NCBI GenBank assembly: GCA_018242545.1 | Contig: JAFEBT010000003.1 | Span: 1 to 62,553, forward strand | DNA length: 62,553 nucleotides | Source: Pseudomonadota bacterium | GTDB taxonomy: Bacteria; Pseudomonadota; Alphaproteobacteria; 16-39-46 | Direction of reading: 5' to 3' | In this document: positions 19,757-28,776 of the stretch, piece by piece | How positions within the stretch are numbered: the first letter of the stretch is position 1 | Layout: each line of letters starts with the position of its first letter | The notes under the pieces: generated by a model | Told to the model about the DNA's origin: nothing | Seen by the model: the letters and a program-made list of their open reading frames with translations, nothing else | Database searches by the model: none | Translations under genes and position numbers: made by a program

Positions 19757-19852
19757 TCATCTTATGTTAAATATAACTCACATTTTGATCCCAACTCTCA
19801 TCACCCATTTCTCAGAGAATCATTCTTCATTAAGATAAAATTTCGGTTTCTT

Positions 19853-21010
19853 TTACCATCTGGCACGATATCCTTCTGAAGTTCTGAAAATACTTTTTTC
19901 TTGTTTTTCATCCATAGGCGGCCTTAAAGTTTCTTTTCCTTGAAGAGCGATTTCGGGCATTTCAATAAGCTCTATTTTTGACCTAAATTCTGAAGACGTT
20001 AAGAAGCGAACGGCTTTCGCCCTCTCCAATTTTGCCAAGATATATCCATCAGGTTGAATGCTATAAGAAATCTGTTGTTTGTCTAGTTTTTGTCTTACGT
20101 TCGCCTCATCTTTCATCTTTAAAACAACAGGAAAATTTAGGGATTGAACCTTAAGATCATCCTTAAATTTCCCTCTCCAATCTCCTTCAGAAATAATTAT
20201 CTTGCCTTTTTTAAGGTCAACCATGGCATTTCTATTGGTATCATATATCCCTTCTTCAGAACGGCCAAAGGCATAAGCCTTTCCATCGGCTTCAAGAAGA
20301 TATCTCCAATTGTTGTAAGACCTATCTTTAATAGGATCTTCTCCTTCTCTCCCCCGTCCGAGATGCCATTGATCTACGACCTGGGAAGGTAAGTGTCCTT
20401 CAACTTGAACAGTATAATCTGTCCTCTCTTTCCCATCCTTATTATTTTCCCAAACAAGCCCATCAACATCATTAGGGGAGATTAAAAGCCATCCTCCTGT
20501 CACATTATTTCTTATCCAGACTTCATGACCTCTATTCAGCTCTGACCTCCTCTCATCCCAAGATCTCTTATAAACTTTAACTTTAAGAGCTTTTCTTTCT
20601 TCTGGAGAAAACCCTTTGAGAAAAGCCTTCAATTTTTCTTTTCTATTGGTTGAAAAGAGAATTTGTCCCGGTAAAATAACAAACTCCTGCCACACATGAG
20701 CATTGTTTTTGATCCCATCAAAATCCACAAAATTATAGTTATTCCTGGCATACCCTTGCAGAAAACTCTCTCCCTGATAATAATTTAAGGGGACGGAGAA
20801 AGCGGGATGGGAAGGATAAGGAACTGAAACTTCATTATCTTCTCCATAAGAATCAAATGTAACGAAGGACGAAACATTGGTTCTTTCATCTAAAACAGTT
20901 GCATCTTGCGCCTGCGAAATATCAGGGAGCTCCATTCCATGAACGGTCAAAAGAGGATACGACAAAAAAAGAACTTTAAAAGAAAGAGGGATAATTTTTC
21001 TGAATTTCAT
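19853..21010 (-). CDS. Secreted array paralogue m9
   Basis: Leader MKFRKIIPLSFKVLFLS. Modules seen are LKAFLKGFSPEERKALKVKVY, FGRSEEGIYDTNRNAMVDLKKGKIII and NVRQKLDKQQISYSIQPDGYIL. Confidence 0.8.
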   Translation of the reverse strand: MKFRKIIPLSFKVLFLSYPLLTVHGMELPDISQAQDATVLDERTNVSSFVTFDSYGEDNEVSVPYPSHPAFSVPLNYYQGESFLQGYARNNYNFVDFDGIKNNAHVWQEFVILPGQILFSTNRKEKLKAFLKGFSPEERKALKVKVYKRSWDERRSELNRGHEVWIRNNVTGGWLLISPNDVDGLVWENNKDGKERTDYTVQVEGHLPSQVVDQWHLGRGREGEDPIKDRSYNNWRYLLEADGKAYAFGRSEEGIYDTNRNAMVDLKKGKIIISEGDWRGKFKDDLKVQSLNFPVVLKMKDEANVRQKLDKQQISYSIQPDGYILAKLERAKAVRFLTSSEFRSKIELIEMPEIALQGKETLRPPMDEKQEKSIFRTSEGYRARW

Positions 21011-21080
21011 AATAGACTTTCTCCTGTGTTTTGAATAAGGTTTCGTTTTGCTTTATAAGTGAAAGAAACTTTTTCTTTTA

Positions 21081-22079
21081 TTAAGCTTCAAAAGAATTGT
21101 ATCCAGGTGATCCAAAACCGGTTTCAATGAATAAATTCCTCAATCTTTCAGCATCTTGACTGTTCTGAAAAGCGATATTTGAACGCATTATATTGTCTTT
21201 GAAGAAGTCACTATATCCTGGCTCAAACCATTTTTCATAATCATAATTATACCATTTTGTTCTAAGAAGACCATTCCCATCTATATCGTAAACAACATTC
21301 CAGTCATTTAGTTTTTGTTTGACTTCGCCAATATTTTTGAAGGTTACTTCAAAAGGATCTTTTAAATTGTGATAACTCCAATAAGCGACCCATTTTAAAG
21401 TTTCGTAATCATATATTTTTATAAATTTCTCTGCAGGAACATATTCCCAAAGTTTTTGTCCTGTTTTTGCGTCATAAGCGGTCTCTTTATTTTTTTCAGT
21501 TGCGAGAACTTTGTCAGGAGTTTTTAGGATAGAGGTAACACCATCAGGAACGAAATCTGTATGAGCGAATATTTTTATCTTCTTTTCAGGGTCAGCATCA
21601 TAAGACCATCTAAAAGTTACGTTTCTTTCCTCTAATTTGCGTTGCGCCTCTTTATCCTTTAAAAGTTCATGGATCTTTTCTTTATCAACATAGAAGGTCT
21701 TTCCTTCCACTCTGCCATATTTTTCAACAAAATTGTTCTTTCCCACGTCTTGCCACACTAACCTAAGGTCATCATCTTTTGCACCTGTTTGATCTCTCCA
21801 CAACTCATAATTCCTACAAAGCTCTATCCAATTATTACCTGTAACGAATATTCTCCTGTTCTTTTTTTCTGCCTTTATCCATCGAACGTCTCTCTTTTTA
21901 GTAATTTGACCTTCATACATAGCTCCCACGTCATCTTCTTTTGAAAACTCTATATTCGCTGGAGCTTTTCTTCTTAGAGTATCTTTGATTTCTGGCGCTG
22001 CCTTAAGTGTCTCTGCTGCCAAAGAAATTGTAAGAAAAAGAGAGCCTAGGGTTGTTACTGTATGTTTATTAAGTTTCAT
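21081..22079 (-). CDS. Secreted array paralogue m10
   Basis: Leader MKLNKHTVTTLGSLFLT. Modules seen are EKNKETAYDAKTGQKLWEYVPAEKFIKIYDYETL and EVKQKLNDWNVVYDIDGNGLL. Confidence 0.75.
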   Translation of the reverse strand: MKLNKHTVTTLGSLFLTISLAAETLKAAPEIKDTLRRKAPANIEFSKEDDVGAMYEGQITKKRDVRWIKAEKKNRRIFVTGNNWIELCRNYELWRDQTGAKDDDLRLVWQDVGKNNFVEKYGRVEGKTFYVDKEKIHELLKDKEAQRKLEERNVTFRWSYDADPEKKIKIFAHTDFVPDGVTSILKTPDKVLATEKNKETAYDAKTGQKLWEYVPAEKFIKIYDYETLKWVAYWSYHNLKDPFEVTFKNIGEVKQKLNDWNVVYDIDGNGLLRTKWYNYDYEKWFEPGYSDFFKDNIMRSNIAFQNSQDAERLRNLFIETGFGSPGYNSFEA

Positions 22080-22223
22080 TTTTTGTTCTCCTTATTTGTA
22101 CGTGATTGTTTAACTCTTTATGCTTTGCTCTAACTTTCATTCTTCAAAAGTGAGCTGAATGAAGCAAGAACTTCATATCTTTGAACTTTTACTTTTCATA
22201 TTTCACCAAGATATCCTCATTTC

Positions 22224-22340
22224 TTATAACAATGAGTTCCCCCTCCTCAATTTCAGCTTCAGCTTCGCCAAACCCCTCAAAGGGAAAGCCGCGAGAACGA
22301 TAATACTTAAATAAATTCTGGTAATTTTATTGAATTTCAT
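22224..22340 (-). CDS. 38-aa signal-peptide sORF heading unit A; possibly a decayed copy of the 28402-28602 ORF
   Basis: My translation is MKFNKITRIYLSIIVLAAFPLRGLAKLKLKLRRGNSLL. After AAFP, another frame reads FEGFGEAEAEIEEGEL..., which parallels AALPFSFV...AEDEIG in the 66-aa ORF. Confidence 0.35.
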   Translation of the reverse strand: MKFNKITRIYLSIIVLAAFPLRGLAKLKLKLRRGNSLL

Positions 22341-22452
22341 ATGTTTTCTCCGTGTTTATTGTTTTTTATTTTATTATTTTTGGTCTTTATTGTTTTTGTT
22401 TTTCTAATTTAGAATATACTAATTTTTAGAGATTGGCACGCTTAAAAAAACA
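22341..22452 (-). promoter_or_regulatory. Conserved upstream leader, copy A (repeat of 28603-28715); candidate promoter plus A-rich 5' UTR of unit A
   Basis: Aligns by eye over its whole length with the region upstream of 28602. Shared blocks include ttggtctttat, tttttctaatt, atatactaatttttaga and cttaaaaaaaca. The minus strand carries TTAAGC-N18-TAGTAT(ATT). Confidence 0.45.
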
Positions 22453-22500
22453 GTAAAGGGATCAAAATCCGGAAAATAAGGTTATGTTTCAAGTGACTAT

Positions 22501-22520
22501 CCACGGGTTAATACCCGTGG
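22501..22520. other. Perfect 8-bp hairpin between the end of unit B and the leader of unit A
   Basis: In ccacgggttaatacccgtgg the stem CCACGGGT pairs with ACCCGTGG around a 4-nt loop. No U-tract follows on either strand, so it is not a canonical intrinsic terminator. Confidence 0.4.
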
Positions 22521-22573
22521 TATCTGCGCCACCTTTTAGATAAAAGTTTTTAAAGGATCTTTCTATCTAATCT

Positions 22574-23165
22574 TTAGTCAACTTCCATAGGAGCTTCAAA
22601 TGCAACCGTAAGAGGCGTGTATTGAAGCGTTAAAAAATGGTGAGGATTTTCAGGAGTATCCTCTTCTATTTTAGCTATTCTTCCTTTAAACACCCTTCCA
22701 TCGCTTGCACCCAAATCAAATCTTCTTTTTGCTTCTTCTGCTATTCTTCTATAATCTGCTGCTGGGTCTTGGTTAGCACCCATTCTAATTACATCTTGCA
22801 CAAAAACGTCCTCTTTAAAGATCCAAAATGTATGAGGCTTTTCTGGGGAAACTTTGGAAAGAAAGTGTTGAAAGAAATTCAAATGCAAAGGTCCACTAAA
22901 GAAAAGCTCTAAAATTTCTTTTTCAATACCTTCCTGAACGGGGGTTAAGGTAAGAGAAAATCTGCTTTCTATTGGAAATTTCCTCTCAGGATCCCAATGT
23001 GCGTGTCTTTTTTTCACATAGGCACGTTTTAAAGAGCGACCTATTTCCTGACTTTCATAAGTTAATTCTAATAATCCATCGTGTATTTTCACACAAAGAA
23101 CATTATGGAAAAAAAGACAACACAGGCAAAAAAAGGCAAATGAAAAAATACGATTAAACTTTCAT
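22574..23165 (-). pseudogene. Terminal-gene paralogue T2 (172-aa ORF 22574-23092) with an out-of-frame signal-peptide start
   Basis: The ORF frame stays open upstream of GTG 23092 as KFNRIFSFAFFCLCCLFFHNVLC, a signal peptide with no in-frame ATG. The ATG at 23163-23165 reads MKV then stop. Loss of one A from its AAA would give MKFNRIFSF... in frame. Confidence 0.6.
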
Positions 23166-23238
23166 AAGCTCCTTAACTAAAATGATCTCTTTAACCTATA
23201 GTATTCCCCCCCCTCTTTTCTTCAAGATTCTAAAAAAT

Positions 23239-24329
23239 CTACCTCAGGAAAAAGCGACCACTTAGGGCAATACCCACAGAAACACCCTCAAAAACAGCTG
23301 AAGCTATACTATCTGAAACTATAGCAGCATCCTTTCCATTCCTATGTAAGATGTGAAAGGCTTGCTCAGGACGTAAGTTAGGCAATACGAGGTGCCCTGT
23401 TTCTCCAAGAGAATAAGAAAGCTCATATCTTTTCATCATACCTCTGACTTCTGGATAGTCGAAAAACTCTAGGTTGATCCTTGCCTCCTTATTCGTGTCT
23501 TTCAATAACCTTATGTGTCTTTGAATTTCTTGAAAGTCATTGGTGCGATAGATTTTTTTAACGGGGTCAAAATATCTATACTTTCCTGTAGAATCATCCC
23601 TTAAATATACCCATCCCTCATGATTGTTAACCTCCATCAAAGGGCCTTTTCTATAAATTTTTAGAGAAAAAGGGTGCCCTTGAGGAACAGCATAAAAGAA
23701 AGAGTTTAAAAGATCCTTTTTCTTATCTCGTCCCTCCCCTACCCCTATAGAATCCGGATAACGTTTATCAATTCCTATCAAATGATCAAGCCAGAAATTA
23801 TTTTCCGGCCCCCAAAAAGCTGTGGGTATAAGTTTAAAAGTGACCCTTTCAGAAAGATTTTTATTTTCTGAAATAAATTTCAAAACCGCAGGGAGGTTCT
23901 TAGGGTCTATAGCAACTTCCCTTTTATCAGGAGAAACTCTCCCTCCGTGTCTTTCGAGCCATATCATTTCCACTTCTTTCAGGGTAAACATAAAACGAAA
24001 TGTTCCTTTGGACTCAGGTATAAAGATCTCTTTTCCATCATATACTGTTTTGAAATCGTCTCCTGTTATTTCTTTTGCACCAGGATTCCATGCAAGAAAT
24101 TTTCCAGTTTTAAGATCTTCTACTCTTATATTTCCGCTTGAGTCTTTAAAAAAATGCTTCGCACTATCAAAAGACAGAGGTTTTTTTCTTTAGCGAGGTC
24201 TTCAAACTTTCTGGCTTCTTTTTGCCTCACCGTATTTTTTTCTTTATCAAGTCCAGCTTCTATAGATGTTGCTGAAAAAGTTTTTAAAATAAGAAGTCCA
24301 AGAGAAAGTGTTGTTGTATTGAGTTTCAT
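23239..24329 (-). pseudogene. Array paralogue m11, split by a frameshift in an A7 tract
   Basis: ORF 24126-24329 encodes the leader MKLNTTTLSLGLLILK...AKEK. The frame of ORF 23239-23991 is open upstream to 24189 (KKPLSFDSAKHFFKDSSGNIRVEDLKTGKF...). One extra base in the run at 24181-24187 fuses the two. Confidence 0.75.
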
Positions 24330-24350
24330 AAGATATCTCCCATGTTTTCG

Positions 24351-25388
24351 TTAAGGATTTTTTTCTTCGCTTATCGCGTTAGCTTCTAAAAAGGTGTTAG
24401 AAGATATGCCCGCGTTCCCTTCAAGCACGGGTTGCTCATTCAATTTACGCTGATTTATGTATTCCTGGAATACCTCCAGCAGGTGCTCTTTTGTCATACT
24501 TTCTTGTTGAAAATAAACTTCTGGAGACGCCCCTGCCTGTCGAATATCCAACACCATCCGCATAAGGTCTCGCCGAAGGCCACTTACTTCCATAATATCC
24601 TTATGATGCGTAACAGATGCGCCTTCTTCTATCAGCTTTCTCTCAAGCTCGAGATCTCTTTTTTGTATTCTAAATCCAACAGGTGCCTGAGGCTTTATTT
24701 TTTGAAAAGCTCTTAGAGCGAAATCCTGATCATGAAAGATCACCCACTTTGATCCACTATCAATCTGCCAAAGTTCTTTTCCTCTTCTTACATCATAGCC
24801 CGCTTCTTTTAAGGGACCAGTAATAAGAGCATATTCATCTGTCAAAAAAACATGATTAAATGCTTTGTCTCCCAAGAAAAACTTATCTGAGAAATCAGAA
24901 CCAACCGGTGTTGGTGCCCAAATAGAAAATTCTCTTCCTTCTTTTAACCATCCATTTTTTATAAGGACATCAAAGGAAGGATAAGGCAATTTCCACAAGC
25001 CCTTTTGATCTTTCATTCCATGTTTTTTAATAAATTTTTTTCCGTCACCAAACCCATGCGCGTCCAATTTAATTTTAAATTTAGCCTTTTTTTTAATCTC
25101 TTCAGGAACTGACCTATAAAATCTTTCAAATTCAAAGGGATCTGAACTTCTAATATGAACCCCATTTTCTGTTCGGAAGCCTTCTGTCCATTTTTTTGAC
25201 TTGTTTTTTAGGTTGTTAAAAAATTCCTGAGGGGTTTTTGACTCTGCCTTTGGGACCTTCTCCTCGATGGGACCATAAATTATTTCTCTCTTTTCTCCCT
25301 CAGGATAGTGTTCTGATGCCTTTAAAAAAGGACTGAATACCGTACAAACTCCAAAAGAAAGAAGGATGATGTTAGATGTTTTCATCAT
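24351..25388 (-). CDS. Secreted array paralogue m12 (closest to m1)
   Basis: Leader MMKTSNIILLSFGVCTVFS. Modules seen are FFNNLKNKSKKWTEGFRTENGVHIRSSDPFEFERFY and GPLKEAGYDVRRGKELWQID. It overlaps the end of m13 by 17 nt. Confidence 0.8.
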   Translation of the reverse strand: MMKTSNIILLSFGVCTVFSPFLKASEHYPEGEKREIIYGPIEEKVPKAESKTPQEFFNNLKNKSKKWTEGFRTENGVHIRSSDPFEFERFYRSVPEEIKKKAKFKIKLDAHGFGDGKKFIKKHGMKDQKGLWKLPYPSFDVLIKNGWLKEGREFSIWAPTPVGSDFSDKFFLGDKAFNHVFLTDEYALITGPLKEAGYDVRRGKELWQIDSGSKWVIFHDQDFALRAFQKIKPQAPVGFRIQKRDLELERKLIEEGASVTHHKDIMEVSGLRRDLMRMVLDIRQAGASPEVYFQQESMTKEHLLEVFQEYINQRKLNEQPVLEGNAGISSNTFLEANAISEEKNP

Positions 25389-26352
25389 AAACCTCCCTGC
25401 CGTTCTTGACGTTTTTTACAAATCCTTCTTGAAATAAGGCAGCAGGAAATTCAACCCTCCCTTTAAATTCTTCGCCCCCGTATGCAAACCATCCATATGC
25501 TTCCTCTAAAGAGAACTCTTTATAAAAGGTTCCATCATTTCCTCTTCTAAACGCTTCAATGCGGTTCTCTGTTAATTTTATTTCTGCTTTAGGCTCACCT
25601 TCAGCAATTAAACGAACAGGGACATTCGGAAAGCGATCTTTAAATTTCTCAATCATCTCAAGTGCAAGCGTTCGATTATAGATGCGAACCTTTCCGTCTT
25701 TAACAGAATGCTCCCAGATTTTTTTTCCAGATTTTCTATCATAAAAAGCCTCTTTTCCCGCATCCCAAGCTAAAACACTCATATCATTCACAATATAATA
25801 TCCATATTTCTGTGCTTCTAAATCGCGCCTTATTTCGAAGTCTTTAGAAGTTTCTAGACCTGGAAGCTGACCCTGACCCATAGCTTCGCGCGGATAGGTG
25901 TGCCCACGCAAAAACCAAAAGAAGATCTGACGAATGTTACTTATTTTGTGTGTCTTTAAAAAATCCTCAAAATCGTCGGGTTTTAGGGCAAAATTATATC
26001 CATCCCTCGTTTGTGCAAAGGGTTTATAAATTCTTTGAAGTTCAGGAGAAGCTTTTTGGTTAAGTGTAAATCCAAGGCGAACATTCTTTTTTTCTTCAGG
26101 AGACATTCGTTTTAAAGCTTTTTCAATTTCAGCGACATTTGTTCCTTTAAGTTCTTTTCTTTTCTGATCAACCTCAATATAAGAGCCTTTTCTAAGCTCA
26201 TTTAAAGCAATGAAATGTTCTTTCTCTTTTTTTTGAGCTTGATCACTTCTTTCCATTTCGGCTTCTGTTGCTTTTGTACCTTGCACAAAAGAAAGAGATC
26301 CACTTAAGATAAAGACACTTAAGGACAGTGTTGTTATATAATTTATTTTCAT
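25372..26352 (-). CDS. Secreted array paralogue m13 (closest to m4)
   Basis: Leader MKINYITTLSLSVFILSG. Modules seen are LKGTNVAEIEKALKRMSPEEKKNVRLGFTL and AWDAGKEAFYDRKSGKKIWEHSVKDGKVRIYNRTLALEMI. Confidence 0.8.
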   Translation of the reverse strand: MKINYITTLSLSVFILSGSLSFVQGTKATEAEMERSDQAQKKEKEHFIALNELRKGSYIEVDQKRKELKGTNVAEIEKALKRMSPEEKKNVRLGFTLNQKASPELQRIYKPFAQTRDGYNFALKPDDFEDFLKTHKISNIRQIFFWFLRGHTYPREAMGQGQLPGLETSKDFEIRRDLEAQKYGYYIVNDMSVLAWDAGKEAFYDRKSGKKIWEHSVKDGKVRIYNRTLALEMIEKFKDRFPNVPVRLIAEGEPKAEIKLTENRIEAFRRGNDGTFYKEFSLEEAYGWFAYGGEEFKGRVEFPAALFQEGFVKNVKNGREVYDENI

Positions 26353-26464
26353 TAGATTCTTCCTTTTTTTAAGTTTCTTTTTAATTTTATGATGCTCTTA
26401 TGCTCATTGCGGTAAAGAAATGTTCCTTTTAAAAACTATCTTTACAAAAGGCATAATAAGCGTT

Positions 26465-27373
26465 TTAAAGACGTTTTTTTGCTTTATAAGCAGTCAAAGC
26501 TTCTTTCATTTTTGAAGCAGAAATTTCACTCCTTTGAAAAGAAATATCAAAAGAAAGCTCTGGTTTTTCTTCCATCATTTTAAGCAAATCCCTTGCTTTT
26601 ATTGGAGTTTCTTTGAAATTTTTATCTTCCTCATTTTTATGAGGCATCATTTTCTGTTCTTCTGATCGAACAGACTTTTTCCAAGCTACAAACGTCTCAG
26701 GATTAGCTCTTTTAAGAAATTCCCTAGCAAAATCAGCTCCATAAATGGAAATATGATCGTTGGTTGGATTATACGAAGCAACCTGTTTTCCATCTTGAGT
26801 ATAAAGAAATTCTCCCGCGTGATTCATCCCATATAATAAGCCGCCCTGCCATATAATCCGATCAAATGCGTCGCTATCAACTTTTATTATACCCAAAATT
26901 TTGGTGAAAATAGGTTCTGAACATACAAATCGAATTCTCATGGGTTTTCTATCTCTGTTCTCACCATCTAACTTTTGATACTTTTTTACAAAATCATCTC
27001 CTGTCATGACAGAAAAGTCATTGATAGATGGTCTTCTGATGACCCCTTGGCTTAATTCAGGAGAAAGTACTTGATCATAATATACATTAATTTTTAGATT
27101 TTCCTTTTCTGAAGGAAGTAACTTATCAAAGCCTTTTACAAAAGTTTGTATATCATTCCCTTCAACGCGCTGGTTCTTTCTATCAAAGATCATATAAGGT
27201 TGGGCTGGATTCACAAACGCCTCACCCAATACCAACGGCTCCAAAGACACAAGAATGGTAAAATCCGCTCGGTCCTCCCTGCCTGCATGAAAATCTTTAA
27301 GAGGAGCCGAAGAAAGAGGTGCTCCAAAGGCAAGAAAACTTAAAGTAAAAGCTCTGATTTTAGTGTACTTCAT
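26465..27373 (-). CDS. Secreted array paralogue m14 (closest to m5)
   Basis: Leader MKYTKIRAFTLSFLAFG. Modules seen are VEGNDIQTFVKGFDKLLPSEKENLKINVYY and FDISFQRSEISASKMKEALTAYK. Confidence 0.8.
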   Translation of the reverse strand: MKYTKIRAFTLSFLAFGAPLSSAPLKDFHAGREDRADFTILVSLEPLVLGEAFVNPAQPYMIFDRKNQRVEGNDIQTFVKGFDKLLPSEKENLKINVYYDQVLSPELSQGVIRRPSINDFSVMTGDDFVKKYQKLDGENRDRKPMRIRFVCSEPIFTKILGIIKVDSDAFDRIIWQGGLLYGMNHAGEFLYTQDGKQVASYNPTNDHISIYGADFAREFLKRANPETFVAWKKSVRSEEQKMMPHKNEEDKNFKETPIKARDLLKMMEEKPELSFDISFQRSEISASKMKEALTAYKAKKRL

Positions 27374-27439
27374 TGAATCTCTCCTTATGTTTTAACGTTA
27401 TCTTTTCATTCCCGTATAAGACGTCATTTCAAAAAATCT

Positions 27440-28281
27440 TTAAGGATATCTTCTTGTTTCAATTGAATTATATGAACCATCTTCTAATATGCACAATCTT
27501 TCCAACCTTTCTTGTAACTGACTCTTTGCCCAGGGATCGAGCTCATGCTTAGGTAAAACAAATTCCATATCCTCTCCCCAGTCCGTCCGTAGGACATCTT
27601 TAAGCTCTACATTTTTTGCATACCAATATCCTTTTGGATCAAAAGCCCCTGTGATGCCTACTTTCTCAAATATCCCTGGCATCATACCATCCGCGTTTTG
27701 GCTTTTAATCCTTATCTCCCCTCTTATGTCTAAAGGGAGCCCTTTAAGAACGTCTCTTACAAACTTTCCATTTAAAACAAGTTGCCCTGCTCCAAAATTG
27801 TTCTCAAAGTATTTTTTGCCACTGGTATTATATCAAAGTATTTTCTGCCACTGGTATTATAATAAAACTCTCCTCTATCATTGCGCACCAAGACATACCC
27901 ACTGCCGAGAAACCAACATGGGGTTACAATTTTCTTATTCAAATCCTCTAAAATATATGGATAAATAAGTTTTTCAAACGCTTCATGTCCAATTCCTTTT
28001 ATGCGATACTGCGCTGCTCCTATTCCGGGAACCCCTATGAGATCAGGACTTCTAATTTCGTGCGCCTTAAAATCGAATATTGCCTTGGCGTTTTTCTCCA
28101 ATTTTTCATCAGAAGGAAAATAAGAGAGAGCCCTATTCAAATCTTTAGCCTGTTGTTCCATAAAAGTAGAATTTTTGTGCTTACCGATTGATTCCTGTGC
28201 CATAGCCTTTAAAGAAGAGAAAAAAGATCCCATTATAAGCACAGTTATTAAAGAGACGTACGTCAATATTTTGAATTTCAT
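27440..28281 (-). pseudogene. Array paralogue m15 (shorter relative of m7), split by a 29-bp tandem duplication
   Basis: ORF 27772-28281 has the leader MKFKILTYVSLITVLIMG and FPSDEKLEKNAKAIFDFKAHEIRSPD. ORF 27440-27685 aligns with the m7 C-terminus. The downstream frame is open up to 27832 and reads YNTSGKKYFENNFGAGQLVLNGKF... Confidence 0.8.
27809..27866. repeat. Imperfect 29-bp tandem duplication (2 copies)
   Basis: Copy 1 is gtattttttgccactggtattatatcaaa (27809-27837) and copy 2 is gtattttctgccactggtattataataaa (27838-27866). 29 is not a multiple of 3, and each copy encodes (Y)YNTSG(K/R)KY in a different frame. Confidence 0.9.
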
Positions 28282-28401
28282 GTTAACCCCCCTTGATTAT
28301 TTAGCTGCCCATGACCTTGAAATAAATTATATTCTCTTTGGACAGCTTCACCGCCGATGCTTGAATCCAACGCATCTACAACCCCTTCCTCATTTTCATC
28401 C

Positions 28402-28602
28402 TCAAAAAATAAGTCTGACCCTATGAAAATTTGCAATTTCAAGTTGTGGAACTCTCCAAGAGTTGCCTATTTCATCTTCAGCCATTTTTGCTGTTTCAGG
28501 CCTTAGAGACGCTCTATTTTCCATCGCCCTCACAAAAGAAAAAGGAAGAGCTGCAAGCATAAGCACACTTAAAGAAATCTTGTTTATCTTATTATACTTC
28601 AT
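28402..28602 (-). CDS. 66-aa signal-peptide ORF heading unit B
   Basis: MKYNKINKISLSVLMLAALPFSFVRA-MENR... carries the family leader and GGGAGAAAAA precedes the ATG. After its stop, another frame (FEDENEEGVVDALDSS...GGLT) runs on to end in an ATGA overlap with the m15 start at 28281. Confidence 0.45.
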   Translation of the reverse strand: MKYNKINKISLSVLMLAALPFSFVRAMENRASLRPETAKMAEDEIGNSWRVPQLEIANFHRVRLIF

Positions 28603-28715
28603 GGGTTTTTCTCCCTGTTTATTCTTTTTTTATTTTCTTATGTTTGGTCTTTATGGTTATTTTTCTAATTCTTATAATATACTAATTTTTAGATTTTAAC
28701 ACTCTTAAAAAAACA
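28603..28715 (-). promoter_or_regulatory. Conserved upstream leader, copy B (repeat of 22341-22452); candidate promoter plus 5' UTR of unit B
   Basis: Has the same blocks as copy A. The minus strand carries TTAAGA-N18-TAGTAT(ATT). Confidence 0.45.
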
Positions 28716-28776
28716 TACAGACTTAAAGAAAAAAATGAGAAGTTAATTTCTCCTAAACAAAAGAGTACCTATAGTT

